Source of the DNA: Chiloscyllium plagiosum
Taxonomy: Eukaryota
Length of the DNA stretch: 64,000 bases
Assembly (NCBI RefSeq): GCF_004010195.1
Contig: NC_057740.1
Location: 7,478,894 to 7,542,893, forward strand
Reading direction: 5' to 3'
The position numbers and the translations under genes were made by a program. Below the pieces are notes generated by a model. The model saw nothing but the letters and a program-made list of their open reading frames with translations, searched no databases and was not told the DNA's origin. Position 1 is the first letter of the stretch; every line of letters begins with the position of its first letter. Positions 25,455 to 37,562 of this stretch are shown one piece after another.

Positions 25455-26230
25455 AGCGTTGCATTTTGATAAGGCAAACTGGGGCAGGATGTGCACACTT
25501 GATGGTAGGGCCCTGGGGAAAGTTGTCTGAGAGAGAGAGACCTAGGGGTACAGATCCATAGTTCCTTGAAAGAGTGTTGCAGGTAGACAGGGTGAAGAAA
25601 TTATTTGGCAAGCTTGCCTGCATCAATCAGAGCCTTGAGTACAGGAAGTGGCCTATCATGTTATGGCTCTACAAGACAATGGTAAGGCCACATTTGAAGT
25701 ACTGAATATAGTCCTGTTCACCATGCTATAGGAAGGATATTATTAATTTGCAAAGGGTGCAAAAATGTTTTCCAAGGATGTTACTAAGACTGGAAGATTT
25801 GAGTCATCAGGAGAGGGTGGTTAGACTCAGAAGTTTTTTACCCGAGCGTAGGAGGCTGAGGGGTGATCTTATGGAGGTTAATAAAATCAAAGGGGTGTTG
25901 AGGATGGGAAAAGGCGAGGTCTTTTCCCCATAGTAGGGGAGCCCAAAATTAGACCGCGTAGGTTTAAGGTAAGAGGGGAAACATTTAAAAAGGAACCTGA
26001 GGGTCACCTTTTTCATATAGTGGGTGGTGCATGTATTGAATGGGCTGCCAGACTAAGTGATAGAGATGTGTTCAGTTAGAACCTTCAAAAGACATTTGGA
26101 CAGGTACGTGGATAGGAAAGGTTTACATAAATGTGGGCCAAGCACCAGCAAAGGAGGCTAATTCAGTCTAGGAAACCTAGTTAGCTTGAATGAGTTGGAC
26201 CAAAGGGTCTGTTTGACTCCATGACTCTCT
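25455..26230 (+). mobile_element. CR1 3' fragment
   Basis: QRVQKCFPRML...RRLRGDLMEV. Confidence 0.8.
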
Positions 26231-27070
26231 AATCTCAAACCATGCAACTTGGATGCAGTTCATGGTGATTACTGACAAAAAAAAAGGTGATTGGTGTGTG
26301 TGTAAGTGTGTACTATATTTGTGGATTAGAAGAATTGGAAAATGGAAGACTTGGGCATTTTTTGGGGTACAAAAGATTTACCATGTGACTTTTTCTATTG
26401 AAAACATCAGTAGAACTGGGGGTTAACTGCTACTTAGAAAAAGTCAAGTTATTTGGGAGAAAAACTTTTAATAGGTTAGAAAATGATGAATGGAATGTAA
26501 TTGCTAGACAAGCGGACGGTTTTGGAAGGGTTCTAGTGCTGAAGGTTGCCTAATAATAACAGGATCCAGATTTTTGGGTTCTGATTTAGCACAGCTGTTA
26601 GAGTTGTTTGGTTGTGGAGAGCCTTGTAAGGCGGGGATATGTGTGTGTGTGTGTGTTTCTGTCTCTGGATTGATGATGAAGAAGAGGCTTCCGCCTCTGT
26701 GAGTGATGATATGGAGCAGCCCAAGAGTCATTTTTACGTTTTTACTGAAATTACCCATTTCTAAAAGTGTTTTTTTTTTGCAACTTAATGTTGCATTAAA
26801 TTGGCAATCCTGCTCAGAGGTTAGCTAGTGTTGTAATATAGATGCCATTTTGGTATAGTATGGTGTTGTGAGCTTTTGATTGAAGCATGTCATTGAGCAT
26901 TGAGTAAGTGGAGTGAAGTTGGTCTGCCTCAATGGAATTCAATAGTCTCATGGAGAAGCAACAGCCTTCAAAATACTGCGTCATATTTCTTTCCATTAAC
27001 TTGTAAAATGTTAAGATTTATTATTTCTCACCAAATGTGTAACTTACTACATAATACATAACAAATATCT

Positions 27071-28180
27071 TAGAATCATAGAATTCGTAAAGTGTGGAAA
27101 TAGGCCATTTGGCCCCACAAGTCCACACCGACTCTCTGAACAGTAACCCAGCCAGACCCATTCCCCTACCCTATTACTCTACATTTCCCCTGACTCATGC
27201 AACTAATCGACACATCCCTGATGTTATGACACAGTGGTGAACCCTTCTGTTAATTAAACCAAACCTACAGAAAAGCTGACCTCGCCTGGTAATCTGTTAA
27301 AATAAGTGACAGAGAACTCCAACTTCCACTATTTAAAGAAAATAACATCAATTTTTTAAAAACTCTAACAGTGAATATTAAACAACAAGTATTCACAACT
27401 CTAAGCCCCCCCCCCCCCCTTTCTCTTAACTGCTTATTATCTGCCTCCAACTCTATAACAATATGTTGTTCCAATAAAACACTCCTTAAAATTACAGCAA
27501 CTTGATTTCAAAACCACACAGCTGCTGTTGACTTTGGCTTTTTTCTTCCAGTTGAAGATCCCCCAGGTCGTATATTACTGCAAATATGTTTCATGTGAAA
27601 AGGTACCTTTTTAGTAGAGAGTGTTTACTAATTTCTTGGGTCTGTCTTGATGGCAGTTGCTCTCTTTGCAATTTTCAAAATGTTCACAATTTTATATCCC
27701 CAATATTGGGTTGTCTCATTGGTTCGATGTTGGCAAAACAATAAATTCAAACTCTATTGGGTTTTGTTATCCTGGGGCATAACTTAAACTCATTAAATTC
27801 GAGTTGTTGTCAAAACAGTAACCAACTCAGGTATCCATTTCACAGCCAAATGTTACATATTTTCAATTTTCCACTACACTCTGGGACTGCCATCTAGTCA
27901 AAAATACAGGTGTTTGTAAGCTCTCAGTTCAGAATAGCGTTCATTCTCTCTCCAAGGTACTTGCCTTCAACTTCATAACACTGAACACTGTGTGGGCAAT
28001 TTAGCATGGCCAATTCACCTAACCTGCACATCTTTGGACTGTGGGAGGAAACCAGAGCACCCAGAGGAAACCCATGCAGATACAGGGAGAATGTGCAAAC
28101 TCCACACAGAGTTTGGAAGCTGGAACGAACCCGGGTCCCTGTCGCTGTGAGGTTGCAGTGTTAATCAGTGTGCCACCACA
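27071..28180 (-). mobile_element. HE1-like V-SINE interrupted by a solo LTR
   Basis: Tail at 27071-27221; V-domain and tRNA head at 27981-28180. Confidence 0.8.
27222..27980. mobile_element. Solo LTR (Gypsy-type), 759 bp
   Basis: TGTTATGA...TCATAACA termini with perfect 4-bp TSD CTGA (27218-27221, 27981-27984). Confidence 0.8.
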
Positions 28181-30582
28181 AATATATGTGAAACAAATCT
28201 CCAACAATAGTTTTAACTGTCATTCCATGAACTACAGTGGAATAAAAGTACTCTGGTATGGAAGAACCAGCTGCCAGTTCAATATGAGCCCAGTTTTGCA
28301 TCATTAATTTAGATTTGTTGTGTTCCCTAGCACCAAGACTGAAATTCTTTTGGACATCATGGTTATATCTATTCAGCAGATAATCTTAGCCATAGATAAC
28401 AGCAAGGTCCGCTAAACATTTAAAATCCTGAGCCAAACATTTCTTTTTAGAGCTTGCCGATTAAACTCTTGAAAATAAAATTAATGCTAAGGTGACAGTT
28501 GAGAGAAACTAATGCCACAAAACACACATGCAAAGCTAACAGTTTCAGAATCTTGAGTATAACCTGTCTTCAATTTGCGTTTGCACATATTTTTTGCTTT
28601 CTGTCCATCCTTATCCTTTTTCTGGCTCTTTGCATTCACTCAGTACCCCTAGTGATTCACTGGCTCTCCCTTTCACTGACCTACCTTGTTTTCTGGTGAC
28701 ATCTTTCACTCCTCTTTCGCACGCACCAACTCTGGCTACAAATACCCCCTCTAATCCCCTCCCTCATATGCCCTTTCTCCTGTTGTTTGTGCTCTGCCTG
28801 TCCTTTTATCTCCCCCTCCCACCCCCCTCCTCCCATCCACTCAGTAGTGGTAGATCTTTGCTGTCTCTTCATTATAGATCACTTTGCTATGGCAGCAACT
28901 TGGCAAAGTGTGACCTTTGGGGCAAAATACTAATGTAAGCCTTTCGGACAATGCTGGGCCAAACTAGAGTCCTAGACTAACCACGTGAGCACACATATCT
29001 ACTGTGGCAAGGCTTGCATTATATAATGAGCTACAAAGTGAAGTCGACCAGAATTGCTGACGACAATGCATCTCTTGCTGATGAGTTCTTTTTGCTCATA
29101 GTGAGTCTTATGCTCGTTTTGAATAGAAGGTTAGTGAAATGATGCCACTTGGCCCGTTGGCCTTGAGTGCACCTGTGCCCACAGTCACTATTGCAGATGT
29201 TAGATGGACTTTCTTGTGGGTGCACCCATAAAAATTGGCTCAGATGGGGTTCCCGGCCATACGCTCACATCCTGTATGGACCAGCTGGTAGGAGTATTCA
29301 CAGGTGTCTTTAACCTCTCTTTACACTGATATGAGGTTCCCACCTGTTTCAAGAAGACCACTATCATCCCAGTGGGAAAGAAAAATCAACCAACGTGTTG
29401 TTCTGACATCCATTATTATGAAATGCTTTAAGAGATTAGTAATGCCATACAGCAGCTCCAGCTCTCAGATTGCCTTGATCATTACAATTTCCCTACCATT
29501 GCAATAAGTCCATGGCAAATGCCCATCTCCCTGGTTCTATACTTATCCCAGGAATCTCTGGATAACAAGGACACCTATTAACTCCCGTAAACTCCTGTTT
29601 ATTGGTTTTAGCTCCACCGTAAACACCATAATCCCCAACCTAATTCCGAGCTAGTACTCTGCTTCTTCCCCCTTCCCAACAACTGGATTCTTGACTTCCT
29701 GAACCACAGGCATCAATCAGTAAGGGTAAGTGACAACACCTACTCCACAATAATTCTCAACACTGATGCCTGCAAGGCTGCGAACGCAGCCCTTTACTAT
29801 ACTTATGATTGTGTGGCCAAATTCCACCTTAATGGGTTGGATCTCAAACAGCGATAAGACAGAGTACAGGAAGGAGATAGAGAGCTTAGCGGTATGGTGT
29901 AAAGACAACAATTGCTCCTCCATTATCCGCAAAAGGAAGGAGCTGGTCATTGACTTCAGGAAGCAGAGGGGAGAACACACCCTTTTGTGTATCAATGGTG
30001 TTGAAATGGAGGTGTTTAAGAGCTTCCAGTTCCTAGGAGTAAATATCAACAACTGTCTATCCTGGTCCATCTACCTTGATGCTACAGTGAAGAAAGCTCA
30101 CAGAGGCCTCTCCTTCCTCCAGTAGGCTTAAAAAAAAAAATTGGCTTGTCCACAATGACACTTACCCATTTTTATAGATGCACCATAGAGTACATTCTAC
30201 CCAGATGAATCACAGCTTGATATGGCAACTGCTCTTCCCCAGACAGCAAGAAATTAGAGTTGTGAACGCAGTCCAATCCATTACGAAAACCAGCCTTCCT
30301 TCCATTTACTGCATCTGCACCTCCTGCTCTCTTACGAAAGCCACCAACATAATCAAAGACCCCTGGGTAGAAGATATAAAAGTTTGAAATCACATAACAA
30401 AAGATTCCCCCTCCATTATCAGACATGTGAATAGACCTCTCATATTAGAGTTGATCTTTATGTGCATCTTCTCTATAGCTGTAACACTACATTTTGCATT
30501 CTGTTCTATTCCTTTGATGTACTCTGTAAAGAATCATTTGTCTGTTGTTGTGGTTCTGTTCGCTGAGCTGGGAATTTGTGTT

Positions 30583-30622
30583 GCAGACATTTCGTCCCCT
30601 GTCTAGGTGACATCCTCAGTGC
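30583..30622 (-). ncRNA. Hammerhead ribozyme motif in the inverted PLE arm
   Basis: gca-CTGAGGA-t-GTCaCCT-agac-AGGgGAC-GAAATGTC-tgc on the minus strand. Confidence 0.6.
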
Positions 30623-31208
30623 TTGGGAGCCTCCTGTGAAGCGCTTCTGTGATGTTTCCTCCGGCATTTATAGTGGTTTGTCTCTGCCGCTTCCGGTTGT
30701 CAGTTCCAGCTGTCCGTTGCAGTGGTCGGTATATTGGGTCCAGGTCGATGTGATTATTGATAGAATCTGTGGATGAGTGCCATGCCTCTAGGAATTCCCT
30801 GGCTGTTTTCAGCAAAACTAATGTAGTGTACAAAATCCCATGCAAGGACTGCACAAAACACTACATAGGACAAACAGGAAGACAGCTAACGATCCGAATC
30901 CATGAACACCAACTAGCCACGAAACGACCTGACCAGCTATCCTTCGTCGCCACACACGCAGATGACAAGCAACATGAATTCGACTGGGGCAACGCTACTG
31001 TTATAGGAGAAGCCAAGCAGAGAACAGCCAGGGAATTCCTAGAGGCATGGCATTCATCCACAGATTCAATCAATAAGCACATCGACCTGGACCCAATATA
31101 CCGACCACTGCAACGGACAGCTAGAACTGACAACTGGAAGCGGCAGGTACACATCACTTATAAATGTCGGAGGAAACATCACAGAAGCACTTCACAGGAG
31201 GCTCCCAA

Positions 31209-31246
31209 GCACTGAGGATGTCACCTAGACGGGACGAAACGTCTGC
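31209..31246 (+). ncRNA. Minimal type-I hammerhead ribozyme motif
   Basis: Stem I GCA/TGC; CTGAGGA 31212-31218; stem II GTC...GAC; GAAA-CGTC; predicted cleavage after C31243. Confidence 0.7.
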
Positions 31247-31744
31247 AACACAAATTCCCGGTTTGGCGAACAGAACCACAACCACGAGCATCCGAGCTAC
31301 AAATCTTCTCACAAACTTTGAATCATTTTGTCTGGTTAGCGTGGAAAGCAATACTTTTCACTGTCTCTTGGTACATGGGATGAATCAAATCAGCTAACTG
31401 ATTAAGTTATGACTAACATCATATCAGTGGCACTCAAAATTACTACAAGGAAATCTACTATACTGTAATTAGAAAATCCTGGAACAACTAGGGTCAGGTG
31501 GCCTGTGGAGGGAGAAACAATGTTGAATACCTTTCGTCAGAATTGGAAGAAACTAGAGAGAGAAGATTAACATCTGCAGAGATAAGAAAAGCGTGGATAA
31601 GTCTGAGATAGAGTTGAAGGAGGGAGATTAAAAACGAAGTGAATATTAGTGCAAGGTAAAAGATACTGGGACAAGTAGAGAAATAAAATATCTGCAGATT
31701 TTAAGGTACAATAGCACCTCTTCTACCTCAGGAGGCTAAGGAAT

Positions 31745-32260
31745 TTTAGCATGCCCATAAGGATCCTCACCAACGTTTACAGATATGACAGTGAAAGCAT
31801 TCTTTCTGGGTGCATCATGGCTTGGTACAGCAACTGCTCTGCCCAAGACTGTAAGAAATCACAAAGTTGTGAACACAGGCCAGACCATCACACATGCTAA
31901 TCTTCCATCTTTGACTCCATCTACATTTCTTGTGGAAATGTAGCCAACGTTGTCACAGATCCCTCCCACCCTGATCCAACCTCTCAGGCAGAAGATGCAA
32001 AAACTTAAACACACACACACCAACCGATTCAAGAACCGCTTTCTCCCCTATGTTAGACTACTGAATGGACTCCTCAAATTTCAAATCTAATGTTAATCTT
32101 GCGTTTGTACACCACCTGTGCAACTGTAACTTTATATGTCTCATTCTGTTCTATCACCCTGTGATCTGTATGCCTTCATATTTTATGATTTGCCTGTAAT
32201 GCATACAAAACAAAACTGTTCACTGTATTTGGGTGCACGTCACAATAATAAACCAAATCA
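31745..32260 (+). mobile_element. Rex1-like LINE 3' fragment
   Basis: ESILSGCIMAWYSNCSAQD; tail similar to 30170-30530. Confidence 0.65.
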
Positions 32261-33849
32261 CGACTGAAATACCTTTTCAGCCTGCTTAATGTAGGCTTAA
32301 CATTTGGCTGAAGACAAAAGTTTTATGACAATCATTTATAATAGTTTTAGTATCGAATTACCACGGAAAGATTTAATCTCCTACTCCTTTGGGTGACATG
32401 TAGCTATAATGCATGAATTGAATAAAAAAAATTCCAAAGTTCCAAACAAGAAGCATACTGGAATTGAAATGTTAACACTGTTTCTCTCTTCATGGATGCT
32501 GCCAAACCTGCTGAGCCCAGCACTTTTTAAAAAGTGTTGGCTGTGTTGGTGAATTTAGTTTAAACCCTCTGATTTCTTAAAGACTGAAACTTCATGGCCA
32601 GAGTTTCTTTGTAATTTAAACCTGACTGGTTTGGCTGGTGGAAAGAGAAGGAATTATGGCAGTGCATGTATTTTAATGCCTCCAGATTTAGCTGCAAACT
32701 AAAGTTATAGTTTGGGTTTGTAAATCGATTAAATTTTGATTTGTTAGTATAAAGGATAAAAACAAATTTATGGACAGACAAATCAAGTGAAACCAGTGTT
32801 GCATATTTGATCCATGAGGACTGTACAGATTCACATCTTAAAACACTAGCTTCTATCAATCTAAGAGGTAATAATATTGGTCCTGGCTCCCTATAATGTT
32901 CCATAAAAGCAGTTTTTATTTCTAATGAACAGACTAGACCTGTAATGTGGCGGAATCATTCTATTTGAATGATGGTAGTTCACCTTTAATTTAAGTTCGA
33001 TGCAGTCTTAAAATGGGGGGGGTGTGGTGGTTTATATTAATAAATCTCTCATAGTATTTACTTTTTGCTGGAATTGAATCAATACCAGGCATTTAATTAT
33101 TAAAACATGTATTTCTGTAATTCAGTTATTGATTTGCTCTCTCATTTGTAGGAAACAGCCTAAGTTAGTAAATTCTAAGCTCTCTGCTTAGTTCTACTTG
33201 GCAGTCATTGCTTTTCAGTTTATTATCCATCACACACAGAATTTCCTCACTCAATATTTGTGCCCATTGGCAGTGACAGCATACAAGATATATACTTGAG
33301 GCAAAAGCAAACCGCATAGAAACCTGGAGTTGCTGATGCAGAATAATTCATTGACTTTCTAAGTACTGCATTAAAGATGAGTGCAATGATGTTAAAGTTT
33401 TGTTAACAACAACAGTTTATATTTATGTAGTGCCCTTAATGTAACAAAATTTCCCAAAGTGCTTCGCAATGACATTGTTAGCAAAATATGAAGCTAAGCC
33501 GGTTAAGGTCAGATGAGCAAAACCTTGGTCAAAGATGTTTGCTTTAAATGGGGAAAAGGATCTTAATAGGGGAAAAGCAAAGTAGGGACATGGAGAGGAA
33601 TAATGACCTGAATTCCAGAGCTTGGGACTTGGGCACCTAAAGAAATGGGCACTCCGTAGAACAGTTATAATTGGGATTCACAAAAAGTCAGAACTAAAGG
33701 AGTGCAAATATCTGAAGGTGTGTCAACCTAGAAGAGACTGCAGAGACACCATTTACACTTCCTTTGATGGAATTTGAGAATAAGGATGAAAATTTGAAAA
33801 TTAATGTTATTTTGCTCTCCAAATATGGATGATGTTCCCAAGGTCATAT

Positions 33850-34350
33850 TCATTGCCAAATGTTTTTTGGAACCATATAGGATTCTTAAGGAGCTTGACA
33901 GGATAAATTTGGAGTGGAGAGGGCATAGTTTTAGAATAACCAGGTGCCAATTTAAGACACAGACGTGGAGGAATTTCTTGAGGGTTGAGTATCTTTGGAG
34001 CTGCTTTGGAGTACTGTGTGGGTCGAGTCCTTATGTACAGAGGAACCTTGATTATCTGACTAATGCGGGTGGGGAGTATTTTGTGGGATAATCGAATGCC
34101 AGATAATAGTTTAGCCAAGCATGGGGACTTTGCGATCTTGCCGGATAATCTGAAATTTGGATAATCAAATGCGCTGGATAATCCAGGTTCCTCTGTATAT
34201 AGCAAGGCTGAGATAGGTTCTTGATCAGTCGAGAAGTTGAGGTTTACAGGGAAAAGGGCAGGAATGCCAGAGCAGCCATGATCCTGTTTAGTGACTGAGC
34301 AGGGTTGAGAGGCCAAGTGGTCTACTCCTGTTCCAATTCCTCATGTTCTT
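33850..34350 (+). mobile_element. Old CR1 3' end containing a MITE
   Basis: RGHSFRI...RNF; tail gagcagggttgagaggccaagtggtctactcctgttcc. Confidence 0.6.
34038..34195. mobile_element. Tc1/mariner (pogo/Tigger-like) MITE, 158 bp
   Basis: TA TSD on both sides; TIR CAGAGGAACCTtGATTATC / GATAATCcAGGTTCCTCTG; internal GATAATC repeats. Confidence 0.88.
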
Positions 34351-34559
34351 GAAAGGGCAGGACTTGATATTAAATATTTCAGCATACAGTATGTTCAAGA
34401 AAGATGAGAGAGGAATGAAAGGAGAGAGGATGGTCTAGAGAGGTGAATGACAGCATTTATTTGATTTAGAACTAAGAACTAATAAAAACATAATTGTACT
34501 CCTGGTTATATTCTATATGTTAACTCGTAGACAAACTATAGAGGAATACATGGAAATTT

Positions 34560-35960
34560 GAGTGTGATTTAGAAACCTGCGATCACAGCATCATTAGGTA
34601 TATTTTGGCCATGGGAAAAGAGTAATCCACAGTTTTCAAATAAAAGAAATTCAACTTCAATAATGTGAGAACCGATCTGGCTTAGGTAAATTGGAATCAA
34701 AGATTAGAAGGCAAAGTAGAATTGAAGGTAGTCAGGTATGTTGTCACCACAGGAAAAATAATATGGCAAGCAATCCCAGACTGCCTAGGTAATATAAGTA
34801 ATAGAGAGCAAGATCAAGCAGATGCACTAAAAACAAAATACTTGGATGCTGGCCAGAACAGAATGAAATGCATCCAAAGATACAGAGAGTAGAAGTATGG
34901 AGACTCTAGTCATAATGATGCCACCCTTCTTCGATGTGAGGCTGGTGCGAGGAGACTGAAGCATTGCAAGCTCTTGTTCAAAACATACAAGATTAAACCC
35001 AGCAACTACAAGTTGGTCAGTTTAACCTCTGTGAGGGAAAGCTCTTAAAAATGATCATCAAGTGGACAAATGTGAATTAATGAAGGAAAGTCGACATGGA
35101 TTTGTTAACTGCATATCACATTTGACTTGTTTGAGTCTTTAGTTAAGTTAACATTGGGTTGATAAGTGTAATTGGTTGTCGCTTGCATGGAGTTACAGCA
35201 GGCTTGACAGCAGAGTTAAATATGTGGAATAGGGCTAGTAAATGGATATGTAATTTGCTGAGTTCCATGAAACAGTGATGAACAGTTATTTTCACAACTG
35301 GAGGAAGGTATGTAGCAGGGTTCCCAGAGGCTAGGGTTCAGCCACCAGCCTTTCCCAAATAACCTTAGCTTGGTTGTACCGTTACAATTTAAAAATTTGC
35401 AGATGAGACAAATCTTAGAATTATTATGAACTGCAATAAATTTTCAATGAACATCCAGGTTTGTGGAATGGATGGGCAAACAGCTGATTAAAGTTAATAT
35501 AGGGAGGTATAAAATGATCATCTTGGTCCAAAGAACAAAATAAAACGTGCAAGACTGAAGGCTCTGCCAGAACTGAGGTATCTGGGGTTATCTACACACA
35601 AATCACTGAAGAACTGATTGAGAAAATAGTTAATCCTTCATAAATAGGTGTGTAAAGTAGAAAAGTATGGTAGTTATGATAGGCCTGTATAAAACATTGC
35701 CATCTCATCTCGAGTATTATTTTGAGTGCTGGGCAGCACACTTTAGAAATAATGTAAAGACATTAAAGTGACAGAAAAGGTTTTCAAGAATGACTCCAGG
35801 GCTGCGTTACCTGGATAACACACTGGAGAAGAAAAGATTGAGACATGTAGGAATATTGAGGAATGCTAATGGGGTAGATAGAGAAACGTTTCCCTTTGGC
35901 AGAAAAATTGGGAAACACAGGCCACAGATTTAAAATAATGGCAAAAGAAGCAGTGGTGAC
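34560..35960 (+). mobile_element. Highly decayed CR1 (tether and RT region)
   Basis: Remnants NYKLVSLTS, SRHGFV, GVP, KFADETNL. Confidence 0.55.
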
Positions 35961-36505
35961 ATTTATTATAATCTCAGCCAATGGTAATATTGGACAAGTC
36001 AGCATGACATTGGCTTGATTGATCCTCTATTTTTTATTTGGTTACCGTGGTAGGGTTCGTCACTGAAGCATTCAAATGAGGCTGCATTTGAACAGTAGAA
36101 AGTAAGGTTAATATACAAGAGAAAAAAAAACAAAGTTACATATCAAAAGATCTTAACACAAGCTGCAAAATACATTTTTAACCAGGTCTTCAATGTTATC
36201 ATTTTACAGATACTCTATTTCAAATAAATCCTAAAATAGAACATATAATACACTTTTACATTACACAAGGAGAAAATCATCTATGTAGCGACTGGTAAGG
36301 ATCTGAAAAACACTGTCTAAGGAGTATGGTGGTAGCAAGGATAACTTGAACCTTCAAAACCGATTTGAATAATTTTTTGAGATGGAAAGGTTTGCAGGTC
36401 TTCAGAGAAAAAGGAGGGATGGTGGGCCGAAGTGTCTTTTCACTGGAGATATTAGAGTGGATGACCATACAGAATGTAACCATTTGTGAGGGGCCTAAGC
36501 CTGTA

Positions 36506-36665
36506 AAGAGGAACCTTGATTATCCAAAGGACACGGGCGGGGAGTATTTTGTTCTGTTAAATCAAATGCCGGATAACATAGTTAGCCAAGCATCGGGAAC
36601 TTGCGAGCTTGTTCGGATAATCTGAAATTCGGTTAATCAGATGCTGGATATTCGTGGTTCCTCTG
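36506..36665. mobile_element. Second copy of the same MITE
   Basis: Colinear with 34038-34195; ends ggttcctctg. Confidence 0.85.
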
Positions 36666-37180
36666 TTCTACTTGTTATAGAATGCCCAAGCCTGACCTAG
36701 CCACTGTATATTAGGTCCGGGTCTGTTTCTGATGGGTGTCACTGTCAAGATGTTAGATCATCTTGGAAGGTCAAGAAAAGGTGGCTGAATATTTGGTGTT
36801 TCAGATAATCATGATTTGATTATTTATTTGCTGTGTATTGCCCTAAGGCTTCATGTCTACAAGGTCCCTTTATTTCTCTGACTTCGAAACTGTCAAGCTA
36901 ATTGTTAATAGAGCTGCACAATAGAATTGTTTGTGAATAGCTCCACTTCTAGGTGCATGACAGAGAAGGTCATTGATGAAGCTGCTGCACGTGGTAAAGA
37001 TATCTTTTCTAAGGAACATCTGCAGTGAAGATCCATCTAAGAACATCAGCCGTTGCTCTTTACACCAGGAATCACTTCAGGCACTGGAGGATTTTGTTTG
37101 ATCCCAGTTAACCTAATTTGCTAATGATCCTTTGCAGCTGTATAAGCTGAATGCTGATTCTTAATATTAGTAATATCAAC

Positions 37181-37562
37181 CTGTATTGAGGAGCTCTTGT
37201 GCAGTGGTAGTGTCCCTACCTCTGGACCATGAGACCTGGGTTCAAATCCCAGATGCTCCAGCAGTGAACCATAACATCTCTGAACAGGAGGTTTTAGGTT
37301 TATTTTTATTAACTTGTATTGAGGAGCTCTTGTGAGGTGTTGGTAGTGTTCTTCCTTCTAAGCCAGGAGTCCTGGGTTCAAGTCTTATCTGACCCTATGG
37401 TGTGTCATGACATCTCTGAACAGTTTGATTAGAAAATATCTCTATTTGTATTGAGCTCATGTGGTGCGGTAGTAGTAGTCTGCCAACCTCTGAACCAGGA
37501 GACTCCGCTTCAAGTCCTGCCTACAGCAGAGCTGTGTCATAACCAGGCCTGGACGGGTTGAG
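37181..37562 (+). repeat. Three diverged tandem units of about 132 bp, each with tRNA-like A and B boxes
   Basis: Units start at about 37181, 37314 and 37446 (tgtattgag...tggtagtg...gggttcaa.tc...catctctgaacag). Confidence 0.75.

Larger units (their letters stand above)
30545..31319 (+). mobile_element. 5'-truncated Penelope-like element (family D) with GIY-YIG endonuclease and inverted 5' arm
   Basis: NVVYKIPCKDCTKHYIGQTGRQLTIRIHEH from about 30820. 30545-30809 is the reverse complement of about 31021-31285. TSD gaatcatttgtctg (30531-30544) / gaatcattttgtctg (31320-31334). Confidence 0.92.
29030..31392 (+). mobile_element. Rex1/Babar-like LINE 3' portion, tail interrupted by a PLE
   Basis: LTSIIMKCFKRLV; TEYRKEIESLAVWCKDN...KELVIDFRK...FQFLGVNI. 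Confidence 0.8.

Noticed and set aside
26670-26748. C/D box snoRNA
   Set aside because: The boxes are present, but there is no terminal stem or recognisable rRNA guide; kept only as a side note to the alternative-exon finding.
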